Source of the DNA: a virus
Lineage: Duplodnaviria; Caudoviricetes
Virus record (IMG/VR): IMGVR_UViG_3300022937_000026
Coordinates: 1 to 58,136 of that record
DNA length: 58,136 nucleotides
Reading direction: 5' to 3' (one strand)
Shown piece by piece: positions 28,898 through 41,500 of the stretch; the stretch's first letter is position 1, and every line of letters begins with the position of its first letter. The notes beneath the pieces are model-generated. The model was not told where the DNA came from. It saw only the letters and a list, made by a program, of their open reading frames with translations, and did not search any database. Position numbers and translations under genes: made by a program.

Positions 28898-29563
28898 TTA
28901 CACCTCAGAAAAACCAGTTAAACTTTGTACTCTAATAGTATAATCAATCTGTAAAAGTCTGTTTAAAGATTTCTGTACTGGATGGAAAACAACGTGTGTT
29001 AACAACTTACCGTCACCATCCGGATTATACCATTTAAGCCCTAATTCATCGAAAACAAAGTTTCCGTTCATATCCACTGAATTGTCAAACGCTTCTTGAT
29101 CGTCTGGTTCACCGTAATCTAGCAAACAACTAATCAAAATGTCGCTGTATGTTGCGCCACTTATGTGTCTAACTTCCATTTTGTTTCTTACAGGATCTGA
29201 ATTTTGAATACTATTTTGATCAACAACTTTTGTATATGTTTGATTGTATAAACTAGAGTTTGTGCCAACAGTGTTTGGAGTAAGATATGTAATTAATCCT
29301 GTAGGATCTACAGTTGTTCCACCTGAACCAAAAACCATCTGGTAGATAGTACCTCTACCCTGATTTGATAGGCTGTTAACCATAGCAATACTCATATTTT
29401 CATAATGAATAGCATTTCTTTTGTCTATGAAAACCTCTTTAGTTTCCGGATCAAATATCTTTATATGCCCTTCAAAATGAAAACCGCCACGCTCGTTTAC
29501 AGCTGGTTTGTTTTCTTTGTTATTTTCACTAGTTGTTGACATTGTTTTCTCTTCGCTTTTCAT
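28898..29563 (-). CDS. Baseplate-associated structural protein
   Basis: Located in the baseplate module; FDELGL, LLTHVVFHPVQKSLNR..IDYTIR; start at 29563 or 29542. Confidence 0.6.
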   Translation of the reverse strand: MKSEEKTMSTTSENNKENKPAVNERGGFHFEGHIKIFDPETKEVFIDKRNAIHYENMSIAMVNSLSNQGRGTIYQMVFGSGGTTVDPTGLITYLTPNTVGTNSSLYNQTYTKVVDQNSIQNSDPVRNKMEVRHISGATYSDILISCLLDYGEPDDQEAFDNSVDMNGNFVFDELGLKWYNPDGDGKLLTHVVFHPVQKSLNRLLQIDYTIRVQSLTGFSEV

Positions 29564-29567
29564 AGTG

Positions 29568-29574
29568 TATTTAT
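29568..29574 (-). promoter_or_regulatory. Putative late promoter (ATAAATA)
   Basis: Overlaps the stop codon of the giant gene. Confidence 0.5.
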
Positions 29575-32500
29575 TCAGGTAAACGAGTTGTTTTCGCAGC
29601 AATGAATTTACTAATAGCAGAATCATTATCAAGCAATGTTACGCCGCTAGTAGCGGTTGTAACGCCTCTATCGTACCATGTTTTACCCAATTTCCTTATA
29701 ATTCTAATCCTTGTTCCTGCTGGTAAAGGACTTGTTAATCTTATGTATGGCGTTGTTCCGTCTACTGAGAACTCTGCCTCCAGCTTTTTATCTGCACCAG
29801 GACTTGAAACTCCTAATGATTCATCAAATACTTCCAATGAATTCTTACGTAGGCGTTTTCCGCCCGCAAATACTTCAATAGTATCACATCTGCCATAATC
29901 TTGTGGTATAGTTTCAGCATACCAATTAGAATCAGATGCCTGTATAGGAACAAATTCTAATGGTCCTATAAGCACACTACTACCATCACTTACAAAATCT
30001 GTTCTTTCTTGTGTATCATTGTAAGCAATTGCTTCCGGAGCACCAGCATCGATCACTATATCTCCACTTGAGTGTAGTTCTTTAATCGCTGTTCCAAGGG
30101 CTCCTCTTCTTAATTTTTTAAGAATATTTCCTGTTTTCTCCAGGTATTCAATTTTTTCATTGTTTATAATCACAACACCTGCAAGATTTCTCTCAACAAT
30201 CGGAGTAGCTAGTAAATGTCCGTTAGTAACTTCAATCTCAGTATCAAAATAGTTTAAATCTTTACTTAATCTAACTTCATCTTTAGATGCATATCTGTGA
30301 TATCTATAAACATTCAACATATCTTTATGAATTTCATAAGCACTAGGTAATTTAAATACATTAGTACCGAACATAACTATTTCAACTTCGTCTGAATCAG
30401 TGTTAGCAACAAATAATCTCATTACTCCTCTTGGAAGATCTACAACATAATCTACATCTTGTACTAATCGTGTTCCATTTAGATATGCCCACACATAACT
30501 AACACCTAATGGATTAGTTGGTAACTGATAAACAACTTTTCCTCCAGTGTATCTATCAGAAATAATACTCATGCTAGGATATTCACTGAACCAAGTTACA
30601 TTAATTATATCTCCTGGGTTAAGAGTAACACTACTATCGATTACGATATTATTGTTATCAACTGTGTATGTTGTTCTAAGATCATTTTCTATTTTAATCT
30701 TATCTCCTAGTGATAAAACACCAGTGTTAAATTCTAAGATTTTAGTAGTACCATTATAGATGTAATCTTCAATAAATGTTTTTCTATCTCCGTTTACAAA
30801 TACTCTGATATTATTAGTTAGAATAGCACCTGATACTTCTTCAGGATCTAAACCTAATGTAAATGCATTATTAGTTCCATCATAAACAGCATAAGTTGTA
30901 TCAACACCTTTAAGTTTTCTATTATTAACTTCTACAATCATTGAAGCAACTGAACTATCTCTAACAAGATTTACAAATCCTGTTAAATCATATGATCTAC
31001 TACTACCATCATATGCAATTTCCTGTTGATTAATACTAATAATAGGTAATCCAGAACTGTCAACATCTGATCCTGAGCCTACACAGAGAATTTTTATAGT
31101 AGATAATCTTGCAGGAGTTATTCCAAACTGTACTAAAGTTCTATTTGGAGTATCTGCAACACCTGTACTGTCAATAAATCCTATGTCTTCGAGTACTCCA
31201 TTAACGCTTACAAACACACCTGTTGTTTGAGCGAAAGAAGCATTTGTTAAGAATAAATTAGTTTCTCCATCAGCTTCAAATTCTTGGTAATCTAGAATTG
31301 ATACTCCGCCTACTCCTACTGAAATAATTTCAAGAACTTGATCCGCAGTTGGTGCTGTATCAAAAATAACTTGATTATTTTCTAAATTCACGAAGTAATC
31401 ACTAGTACTTACTTTTGCGCCACCTAAATATATTACAACTGATTTAGATTCTAGAATATTTTGTCCTATATCAAATGTAGTAGTTGTACCATCTGTGTTT
31501 ATAACTCTAGTTTTAACAGGTGCTGATCCTGTTCCTGTTGTAGTATAAACTTTAATACTTAAACTATCTAAAACTTGACCTGGAATGTTTTCTTCTGTTG
31601 CAGGAACATTTTCAGGAGATATAAATTCACCTCCTAATATAGTAATTTCTTCTACAGTCTTACCAGTAGCTGTAGAATATGCGCCATTGTTGGTTGCTAA
31701 TGTTCCGCCTGAGATTCTTGTATCTACTAGATTAGGATCAGTAATTGTAACACTACCATCTGACGACACTGGTCTAAATATTAAAATATCGCCTGCGCCT
31801 GTTTGAATATAATCACCAATCTCTACAATCTGTGTACTTCCATCACCAATAAATGTTGGCATTTGAGCGTGAGGATTAGCTACATTAGAACTATCCCAGT
31901 TCTCATCATAACTCGGATCGTCTATTCTAAGAGCTGGCGGATCTTTAACTTCTTGACTATACTGTAAATCATCAACTGTAGGAATTTGTACTTCAACAAA
32001 TCGTTTCAGATAAATGTTAATTTCTTGTCCTTGTGCAGGTACATACGGTAATGTAACAGTATTAGTACTTCCGTCACAAATTACATAATAATCTGCTGCT
32101 GCTTCGACACTATCCCAACTATCAGTAAACCAAGGTAAGGCATCCCAACCACCTGTAACATCAAATGTTGTACCTTGTACTTGAACACCACCATAATCAA
32201 TACCTGTCATTAATTGATCAAGATCAGTGCCTTTCATTCCTGCAATTGGATCGTAATACTTTTTAATTCTATTAACACTATCTAATAACTCATCATTTTT
32301 ATCGTATGTAACAACAATAGTTTCACCTAACTCAGGTGCTGTAGTGAACAATATTTTTGCTTTTAATTGAGTTACTCTATTTTCAATTTTCTTATACAAT
32401 GAAACAGAATACTCATCACCAAGTACAAGTTGTCCATTTTTAATTATTTGAATCTTAGACTTGTCAAGTGTTGAAGGATAACTTAAATCAAATGATGCAG

Positions 32501-35500
32501 TATTTCCTGGTGCAGTAAATGTTTGTGTAAAGTTAAAGGTATTGAATATTCCATCTTTAGAAATTCTGTCAAACTTAACTTTAAGATCAAACGCTCTAGC
32601 GGTTGTATTACCTAGTACTGCAACAGCAGTTGCATTATCTGTATTACTACCATTACCTCCAACAATCGATACTGTAGGAATTGTAGTATATCCCGATCCA
32701 GGATTTTCAATAGATACCGCTGAAAGTTTTCCATTAGAAATATATGCTCTAGCAGAAGCTCCAGTACCGTTTCCTTGAATTACTACGGTCGGTACACTAG
32801 TATATCCTGATCCAGGATTTGAAACTAAAATTTCTGTTATCTCATATCCTTTAGTATCTGCCCAGAACTTATAAGGATAATTTTGTAAATTATCATCTGT
32901 TTGAGTTAACGGAATAATTTTTCCTTCAACTTCATTAAAGTATGGAGGTAGATCAAAATCAGATATTGCTGTGTTTGATGTTTCTAGTTTATCGTAAATA
33001 GATTTATATTCTCTTATTGTTGTTCTAAAAGGTTTTACTTCATTAATATAATCTAGATAACTGTCAAGACTGTCATTCTTATAATTAAGTTTTTGTTTTA
33101 ATTCGCCTATCTTATAAGACGCACTTAAGAAACTAGTTTTAAATGCCCAGTCAACATAAGTTTGTTCTGTGAAAACATATTTCATCGAAACAAAGAATAA
33201 CTTATTCCATTCAATTTTATAGTCGCCTACAAAAATATCTTCCTTGACTGCTCTAAAAATATTTCTAAGCTCATTTGAAACTTCTTTATCATATGACCCT
33301 GCATCGAAACTATCAACAATATCATAACCAATACCGCTTGTATCAGTATCATATAATTTGTCACTAAATTGAATTGTGCCGTTTTCTCTGCCGACTAATA
33401 TGTAATTTTCTAAAAGAGTATTTCCGACATCATCAACTTTCTTGAATACTGCCCAGCCGCCTGCGCCATATTCTTTAATTCTTATAGTGTCGCCAATGAC
33501 AATATCAAGTGCAGGTTCTTGATACACACTTGGAATTTCTTCAACAATTCTAATTGTAGGATCATAACCTTCAGCCCACCAGTTTACTTTATCCCAATAA
33601 AGTCTTGTGTCATATGCTTGTGATGCACTTCTAAAGAATACTTTTCTTATGTCGTCCCAGGCATAGATACTCCAGAAACCATTTGAAGTTTCATCGTTTC
33701 TTACAAGTACACTAAATTGTCTAACTTTAGCAATTACAGAGCTATAAAGTTTACCGCCGTTAAGAACGTCTACTCTTGTTACACGACCTTGACTATCAAT
33801 AACTGTTTGTGCTTCTAAACCTTGGCCGTCTCCTTCAAAGTCAATGCTTGGAGCAGTTCTGTAACCAAATCCAGGTTCTATAACATCAATTGATAAAATC
33901 TCTCCATCAACAATATTAGCAGAAATTTCTGCTTGTTTGACTCTGATTGTTCCAACAGTTTCTAAATCTATATAAGTCTCAACTGCCACGTCAAATAAAT
34001 TCAATACTTCACTAGGTTGTTCATCTACTAGATTTAAGTTCTTGTATGTAATAACGTCAGCAAATGCTTCTTTAAGTAAAACTGTATTAATATTTTTAAT
34101 TACAGTTTTTAGAATCGTTTGCTTGTTAACAAACATACTCTGTCTTGGTCTAAATTTAATTCCGTATCTTTGTTTAGCTGGCAAATCTGTATCAGGAATT
34201 CTATTTCCTTGCAAATCATAACCAATCAAACTATCTAACCATTTTCTTTCTAATGAATCAGTCGGAATACTATCTTCAACATTTTCAGTTAACAGAGTAA
34301 ATTCATTATGTACTGCATTTTTAGAATCTTTATTATTGTAATATTCAATATTTAAAATTGCATAATCGTTACTTACAATATTAGTATAATTGAACAATAC
34401 AAACTTATCTGCATCAGCAAGAGCAATATAGGTTACTCCGCCTGATAACGGATTAGAAATTAAACTTGCCACACTTGATGCACTTATTGATCTTCCAACA
34501 ATATTTTTAGGTGCAATTAATTTATTTTTTACCCAGAAGTAATATAGTGTAGAAGTAGCTTCTCCTGTTTCTGGATTTAAAAGTTCTTTAACACTATAGG
34601 CTTCATTGTTCGGATATAGTGGCTGTCCTGAGATACTTGCATTCAATCCTTCATTGGTGTCTGCAACAGCAGACCATTCAGCAGGTGTTAGAGTACTTTC
34701 AACCCACTCGTAAATATCAATTGAAGATCCTGTAGCAAGTTGTCCCCAATTACTTGTTCTGTAAGCAATGTCGCCTTGCTCGTAATCTATCCACTTAGCG
34801 TTACCGATGTCCCACCAAAGTTTACCAACATTTTTAGTTGTCCAAGGTATTTGTTCATCAACAACCTGTACCTCAGGATCTCCTATTGAGTATACCGCAG
34901 GATCATAAGGTGTTTTGTATGATAATTCTTTTTCAGCTGATGCTAAAATTTTCATCTTAGCAGGATCAACAATTTCTAAATCTTGAATCTTATCATCTGA
35001 ATTATCATCATATAATGCAATTCTCTTGATTTGATTTATATCAACTGTTTCTGGTTGAGAACTTAAAATTTCAAATGGTTGAACTGTTGGATCTTTCTTG
35101 AATATTCTAACCATACCAGTTGCATCACCTTCAAATACAATTGATGATCCGGACTGTACAGGAGCAATATAGTATGGTGATCCAACAACAACTACATTAC
35201 CTGTACAACTAATACTATAACCAAAACTTTCGTTCAATGAAAGATTACTTTCTAGTTTTTCTGATAGGTAATATTTGTTTCCGCCTTTTAATTCGTAGAT
35301 ATAAACACTTCCGCTGAATCCACTATAGCTCTTAAACTTAGTAATTTTTTGATCGAAAGTAGTTTCCTCTCCATCAAAGATTGTAGGCAATACATACGGA
35401 GTATTGTTTGCACCGATTGCTAAAATGTCAGTGTGAACAGATATAGCAACATCTTGTCCAAAGAATTCATTAGGGAATGTATCAAAACTATCTAGTTTTT

Positions 35501-38500
35501 GTTTTAGTCTATATTCATTTGAACTATCTGGAACGTAATCGAATATATATGCACTACCTTGATTCTGGAAATTAACATCTGCTTTAGGACTTGTTACAAC
35601 AATTTTTTCACCTGTAGAATCAACAGCTACAGCATAACCGAATTGATCGCCCGATGAAATAATTTCTGCAACATCTAAATCACTTATATCTTGTAAACCG
35701 TCTGCTGTAAATGTTTGTGTAAGTTCAAAAAGGTTAAGATTAAAATCACGCTTGTAAACAAAAACTTTACCTGTTGATTCAGAACTACTATCACCTACGT
35801 TAACCCAAGGATAACCTGCATCTGGTTCTTCGTTATAACTCTTAATGGTACTACCGTCATCAACTGCGCTAGGACCAATGTTTTCTAATTTATGGAATTG
35901 ACCTTGATATTTTACAACGTCACCTTCGATATACTCGTAGTCTGCTCTCCAAATTCCTCTGTAGTTTGCAAAATATTGTTTGTCGCTGAACGGAGCTCCA
36001 ACAACTAATACTTCACCGGTTGAATTCATAGCCATACTGTATCCAAACTTATCTCCTTCTTGAATAAGTTCAGCTACTTGTAAAGGTGAAAGTAAACCTG
36101 CAAACAATGTACTCTTATCTTCTGCTTCTTCTAAACTAACAGATTGAGGTAAAGAGTTAGCAGTTGCCAACGAGTCTAGTCTTAGCCAGTCAACACTATC
36201 TATGTCAATAGTGCTGCCGTCGCCTTGTGTATCATTAACTGCTTGCCACAAATATCCTTGATGCCATACTATTGAACCTTTCGGATATAGTTTAGATTCA
36301 TCTTTTTCATATGCACCTACATAATTAGGATTTTCATCAAGCTCCCAGTCTTCAGTTTCTGCATTATAGGTATAAAGATATATTCTACCTTTACTGTCTA
36401 ACGAGCCAGGGGCTGATACTGCCATGTAGTAAACACCTTCGTTCTTAGCAATTGAAATTCTAGATCCGAAGTGTTCGTAATGTTCTGGTCTTGGACTAAT
36501 ATAAGAATGTGTTATGTTCCATTGGTTAGCACTGTATTCATATATTTGAATCATACCTTGCTGAGTTTTACCGTCGTCTGTACCAGTTGTTAGTGCATCA
36601 ATATTTTTTACATATTCCCATTCATCAGACTCAAAATTAATTGAGCTTCCGTCAAATGTTGTATCAGTTAATGCTTTCCAAAGTTTTCCTTCGTATAATA
36701 CAATACTGTTAGAACCATAACTAATCGAAGGATTAAAATTACCTTTGAAGTTTGATGTAACTCCACTTGCACGAGGTGAACCTATTGCAAGCCATTTATT
36801 ATCAGGACTTACTGCAAGTTCTAAACCAAAACTTCCTAGTGTAGAATCTTTAAACGTACCTTGTGGTTCAATAATTTGTTTTACATCTAGTCCTGTTGAA
36901 GTTTCAACATAAACAACAACATAACCGTCAGGTGCGACACTAGCAAGTGTCTGTTTCAGTGCATCAATATATAAAACTTTTTCACCGACTTTATTAGGTT
37001 CAACAATACCAAAATTAACAATCTGCTTGTCAGTATATGTTTTATTTTTTTCTACAACTTCCCATCTTCCGTTAGTATCTTCGTCAACAAAAAGTTTACT
37101 TGATTGAGATAAGTTAGCAACGTGTTGCGGATCAATACTATCCCAATTTTTAAATCTTGCTTCAGTAAAGAACAATGGATAATTTAGTGTGCTTGGTTCA
37201 AACACATCTGCTGTTGCTTTTTCTGTAACATTAAATGTTATAGAAAAATTATCTACTGCTGTGATTTTATGAATTCCAGAAATTTTATCGATACCTTTAA
37301 TACCAATAAATTCTCCTACTTGTTTGTTATGACGTCTTTTAAAGATAACTTTTACTGAAAGGTTATCAACTTCAACATTTATTAATTGTAAATCGTAGGC
37401 CCAGTTTGCTCTAAGAACTGTCCAACTAGGACCATCAAATGTAATCCATATATGATCATTGTTTAAAACAGCATCTACATTGATATCTGATAAATTATCT
37501 CTTGTTCTAACAGTAAAGTTTGTTTGACCAATTTTTACATACCCTGCTGTTTTAAATGGATACACTTCGTATGACGCAGGATTAATTTTTGATGTATATG
37601 GATATGGAGCATAATCAAAATTACTTTTGTTAATTCTATAAAATCTGTCTAAGAAGTTTCCTTGAGATTCTGTAATTAATACAGGCTGAGGATTAATTAC
37701 AAACTGATCTGTTTGTAATTTTATTTCAGCATGATAACTTTGATCAATGCCTCCCATTGATCCTACTTTAAATGCCCATTCCTCATCTAAAGAAATGCTA
37801 GGCTGACCACTACCATTAATTTTGTCGAACAGTTTTGTAATTGAATTTGATGTTCCTTTTTCTCTAATAAAACCTTGATAGATTTTATATTGTGTTGTAG
37901 GATCATCTGCTAATGCTTCTAAATAAGTTCTTTTCTGATAACCAATAGTATGCCTTGCTAATTCTCGTTGACTCTTACCTAAACCATCAGTATCAACATC
38001 AAAATAATCTTCAATTTGATTGATTCTATAATCAAAGTTAGGAATTAGTTGCTTAGTTGGATTTGAATCCAATACTGTCCATCTATCGAAATCAAATTTT
38101 TCTCCACTAGTATGATTAAATTTACTTGTGTAGTTTTTAGATCTATAAGCAACAATGTCACCTAGTTTATAATTTTTAAATGGTACCCATGCATCTATGT
38201 TAACATTATCAAAAATAAATCCTGGTGATGTATAATCTCCATCCCAATCGACTGTTCTAAATCCTTGAGAACGAATTCTTTCTTGACGATAGCCTGTTGG
38301 TTTATCGTAGATAATATCGTTAAACACTGTTCTATCGTTAAACACTGTAACGTGTTCTTTTAATACATAATTTACTTTAAGGTAATATATACCAACAGCA
38401 CTATTATTAATAGAAATAGTAAATGTTTGGAAATCTCGAGATACATCAATGTCTTTTACATCAATAGTAGTTCCGTCACTTGATAGAACATTGTAATCAT

Positions 38501-41500
38501 AGAAACTATCTAAAATGCTGTCAGCAACACCAACTGGAACTACTACTGTTAATTTTTGTGCTCCAGGACTTACTGTTAATAAACTACCTTCTGACCAATT
38601 TTGCATGGTCCAGAATAAGAATTCTTTAGAACTAGTTAACCAGTCTTGTATAACTTGACTTCTAGTATCATAATTATTAAACACAAATCCTTGTGAAACT
38701 AATCTTTCTTGATATCCTAAAAGAAAATCAACAACCGCTTGAGCTTCAGAATATTCAGTTCCGTAACTTAAACGTTTAATTACTGTTCTATTGAAATTTC
38801 TTCTACGCTGTGCAGTGGCTGCTCCTTCAACAGGAAGTGCAGGTAGTCTTGACCAATACTGATTTTCAAACTCTGTTGTACTTGTATGAGTTTGATTTGC
38901 TCTAAAGAAAGTGTTTCTAAATTCTACTACTGCTCCGTTATTATAAGTTTTGTTTTCTTCCCACTGAGTGAATGCAACACTTAGACCGCCAACACTTATT
39001 GTAGGATCTTTCTGATTAGGTATTGCTTGGTAATATTCAAAATACGGATTAATATCGTTGTAGCCAGATAAAGTCCATCCGTTAGATGATTTTTCAATTA
39101 TTACACCGCTATATGCGAGACTTGTAATAGGACTACTTTTTGCAAATATAATATCATAGTTCTCAGGAGGTATAAAAGTACTACTAGAAGTAGAATTAGG
39201 ATTCTTACTATCTAGCAAAAACTTCTGTTGGTCTTTGTCAACAAATCCACTTAGTCTAGCTGTTAATCTAACATTTAGGTTTTCTAATGATTCATTAGCA
39301 TCAACAACTGATGCTCCTTGTCCTTTAATGTAAGAACTAATGTAATAAGCTAAACCACTTACTTGATTTTCACCTGCAATAGGTAGTTTTAAATTATTTG
39401 TAGTTAAGAAAACATTAGATGTTTTATCTACAATTTGATCAATAATATTTCTTGTTGTTTTATCTTTATCAAAATTACTAATAATAAAGTCAAAAGGTTT
39501 AACTAAACACAAAGAAACAATAACAGCAAATGGATATTCACTGCTTGACTTCCATGCATATTCGACAGGACCTACATCACCTAGTTGGAAACTTCCTTTG
39601 TTGTTAGTTAAAGTAAAGTTTGTTGCAAGGCCACTTGTTAGAGGATCAAGTAATTCACCATCTTCATTCACAGGAATATGACTCATTATACTTGTTCTAG
39701 CATAGCGAGGATGAATTCCTTCCCTCGGTCCGTGTCTAATTATACCGTCTCTGATATCTTCCCAAAGAATCAAGTTGCCACTAGTGTACGGGGCTGATCC
39801 GTATTCATCTTCCCACCATTCAGGTTTTTCTGAAAAACCTAAACATTCCCAAGGACAACGATGAGGTCTGTCTGTATCATAGAAGTATCTATATACTCCT
39901 CGCCAGTAACCTGGTAGATTTTCTGTACCATCTGGACTTGCCATTTGGTTGTAGGTATATGTAAATGGTTCGTTATTAACAAAGAATGTGTTTAGAACAT
40001 AACCTAAGTTCGTGTTTGATACCCAGTTTAAAAATTCTTGATTTATAATATCTCTAATATTATTAATATTATATTCGCTATTTCCGTAGAAACCACCTAA
40101 TGTATTATCAATATCAAAAACAGACTCGCTATATACTTTTTTAATATTATTATAAATTCTGTATTCTAATTCTAAAATTAAGTCATCTCTATAGTCATTA
40201 TATGCTGTAATGATACTTCCGTCATGCCCTTGGATTACATTCACAGGCTCTCTGTAAGTGTCATCTAAAAACTTCATAGGTGTATAACGTTTGTATAAAC
40301 CTAATGCAGTAGGCGTTGGCGGTATGTGTGAAAAACTTGTAGAAGTATATTCACGTATTTCAATTTTATCACCTTCTACTAAATCAATTTTAATCTCGAT
40401 GAAACCAAAGTCTGAATTGAAATCGTATTCTGCTCCGTACAATAACTGTCTATTGTTTACATATGGGTATACTGCTCTTCGACTTAGTGTGTTTAAATCA
40501 AAACTTTGACTTAATGCAAATGTTTTAATACCGGTATCTTCTACTTCGTAGGTTAGTGCAGAATATGCACCTGCACCTATCATATCACTGTCTGCAAAAG
40601 GACTATCAATACTTTTTGCTTTTGACAGTTCAGTAATAATTTTATCGACCATGTCAGCAACATTATCATTAAAATCAACTTCTTCTGCTTTCAAAATAAA
40701 ATTATTTTTAAAAGTAGAATATGATTCTTTAGCAAACTTTATTGCTTTAATAATATTAAATTTCTTATCATTTAAAAGAAATACTGATGCTGGTGCTAGT
40801 CCGCTGTGCTTTAAGAATCTTTTAGAATGTTGATAATAATCGTGCTGATCTCTTAAATTACTTGAGCCTGGTATCTGTCCAGTAAATTCATCGTAAAACT
40901 CTAAACCTGTTGAGACGTGATCAACTGCTTGACCTAACGTAAAAGATTTAATTGGTTCGTTAAGTGGATTCTTTTCTAAACCTACAGGCAATTCATAATA
41001 GCCGTTGATAGGTTCGAGATCACAAATTACTTTTATTACAACAACATCTTTAGGGTTGAATGTTTTGTTAAAAATAAATCTATTACTAATTCTTTCGTAT
41101 GTTGAATTTTCTTTTTTACCATTGGTATAAAATATAATCTTTTCATTACCGGTAAAGGATCCCCAATCAACAGTTTCAAATACAACTTCGTTGGTGGTAT
41201 TAATAACTGTGTAACTATCAATGATAGGCATTATGTAATTGTTAGAAGTTTTCAACCAACCATTATCATATCTGTCGTCAATATTATAGAATCCTGTATT
41301 TAAATTAACAGTTATTGTGTTTTGTCCTTGGGTATACTGGAATGTATCAGAATCAAGATTCCAATTAAATTCAATGTCACCAACGTTATCGATATTTAGA
41401 TATGATAGTTGGAAACCCAATTCAGTATCTGTTCGACCATTACCGACTTTGTAACTTAAAAGAGGACTTCCTGTAAATGTTGAAACTGGATATGTATCTT

